This document shows positions 63,401 through 64,000 of a DNA stretch of 64,000 nucleotides, one piece after another. The notes beneath the pieces are model-generated. The model did not search any database. It was not told where the DNA came from and saw nothing but the letters and a program-made list of their open reading frames with translations. The stretch is from the NCBI RefSeq assembly GCF_003704095.1, contig NW_020847208.1, positions 1 to 64,000 of the forward strand, read 5' to 3'. Source of the stretch: Pocillopora damicornis. Taxonomy: Eukaryota. Every line of letters starts with the position of its first letter. Position 1 is the first letter of the stretch. Both the position numbers and the translations under genes were made by a program.

Positions 63401-64000
63401 TGAAAGTTATTGCCACAAGTGAGACATCAGACCCACTGCTCTCGGCGATAGCATCGTCCAAGCTCCTTTCACTTGAGTAATGGACTTCAAAGCAGGGAAG
63501 TTTGTCAACTAATGAAGCTACCTTGTCCACGAAATTCTTCTCCCAAGCGAGAACTTTTTCGTTCGTTTCATCGTCGCTAGGGTCTTGAATGAGATAAATC
63601 ATTTGCAATGCTTTGGCTTCGGTTACGATTCCATCTTTGCGAATAGCATCACCAAACATACGGTTGAAGTTGAACCAGAAAGGGCGTCCATTGCGCATGA
63701 GCGAGCTGGTGTCGTTGTACGCTTTACTTAGTTCATGTTGAATCTGTGTTGGGTCTTTACCACTCAGTTTACTTTCATTGAACTGTAAGAATTCCAGCGG
63801 GTTGATCATCACGCATTCCTCTGCTGACCTTGATTTGTTCGCTGATAGTGTGACACAAAAATTGTTATACGATTCCAATTCTATAACTGCATTGTGAGCT
63901 TGAAAGGCCTGTCTTAGACACTCAGGAGAAAGAATATTCTGATTACCGGGCAATGCCACCAAAAGGATGATTTCCTCTCGAATCTTGACTCGAAAGTATT
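60486..64000 (-). CDS. Patched domain-containing (PTCHD3/NPC1-like) sterol-sensing RND protein, 5' partial; exons >64000-63034, ~62488-61345, 60964-60486
   Basis: SSD: LPFLVLGVGIDDMFIMV, TTMTDLVAFAV; C-terminal LVMAIGFAVDYSAHV, IFFKMFFGIVVLGLLHGL. Confidence 0.92.

Overview
Eukaryotic genomic DNA with spliceosomal introns and four assembly gaps. Gene content and repeat families suggest a cnidarian, probably a stony coral (inference). Gene order: intronless DEDDy exonuclease (EXD1-like) with a C-terminal Cys4 zinc finger; prostanoid (EP4-like) GPCR; two tandem SLC16/MCT transporters, one with an in-frame stop, separated by ISL2EU, SINE and hAT remnants; intronless PEX16; a secreted 2xWSC-like + microexon linker + VWA protein; a PAN-EGF-fibrinogen-like gene with a decayed duplicate exon; a kelch-like gene; MYCBP (with a U12 intron) head-to-head with a C5orf63-like glutaredoxin; a tandem pair of Cu/Zn-SOD genes; macoilin; and a patched-domain protein. 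The main finding is the downstream SOD1 paralog. Its reading frame, zinc ligands and disulfide cysteines are intact, but it has lost the copper/catalytic residues (H48L, H120C, R143C, the last creating a CxxC). It is a candidate zinc-only pseudo-SOD, decoy or copper-handling partner of the canonical SOD1 beside it. Other highlights are an array of 24-nt phase-1 microexons and Penelope-type minimal hammerhead ribozyme motifs. Exon structures were read by eye, and family calls rest on motif recognition rather than database searches.
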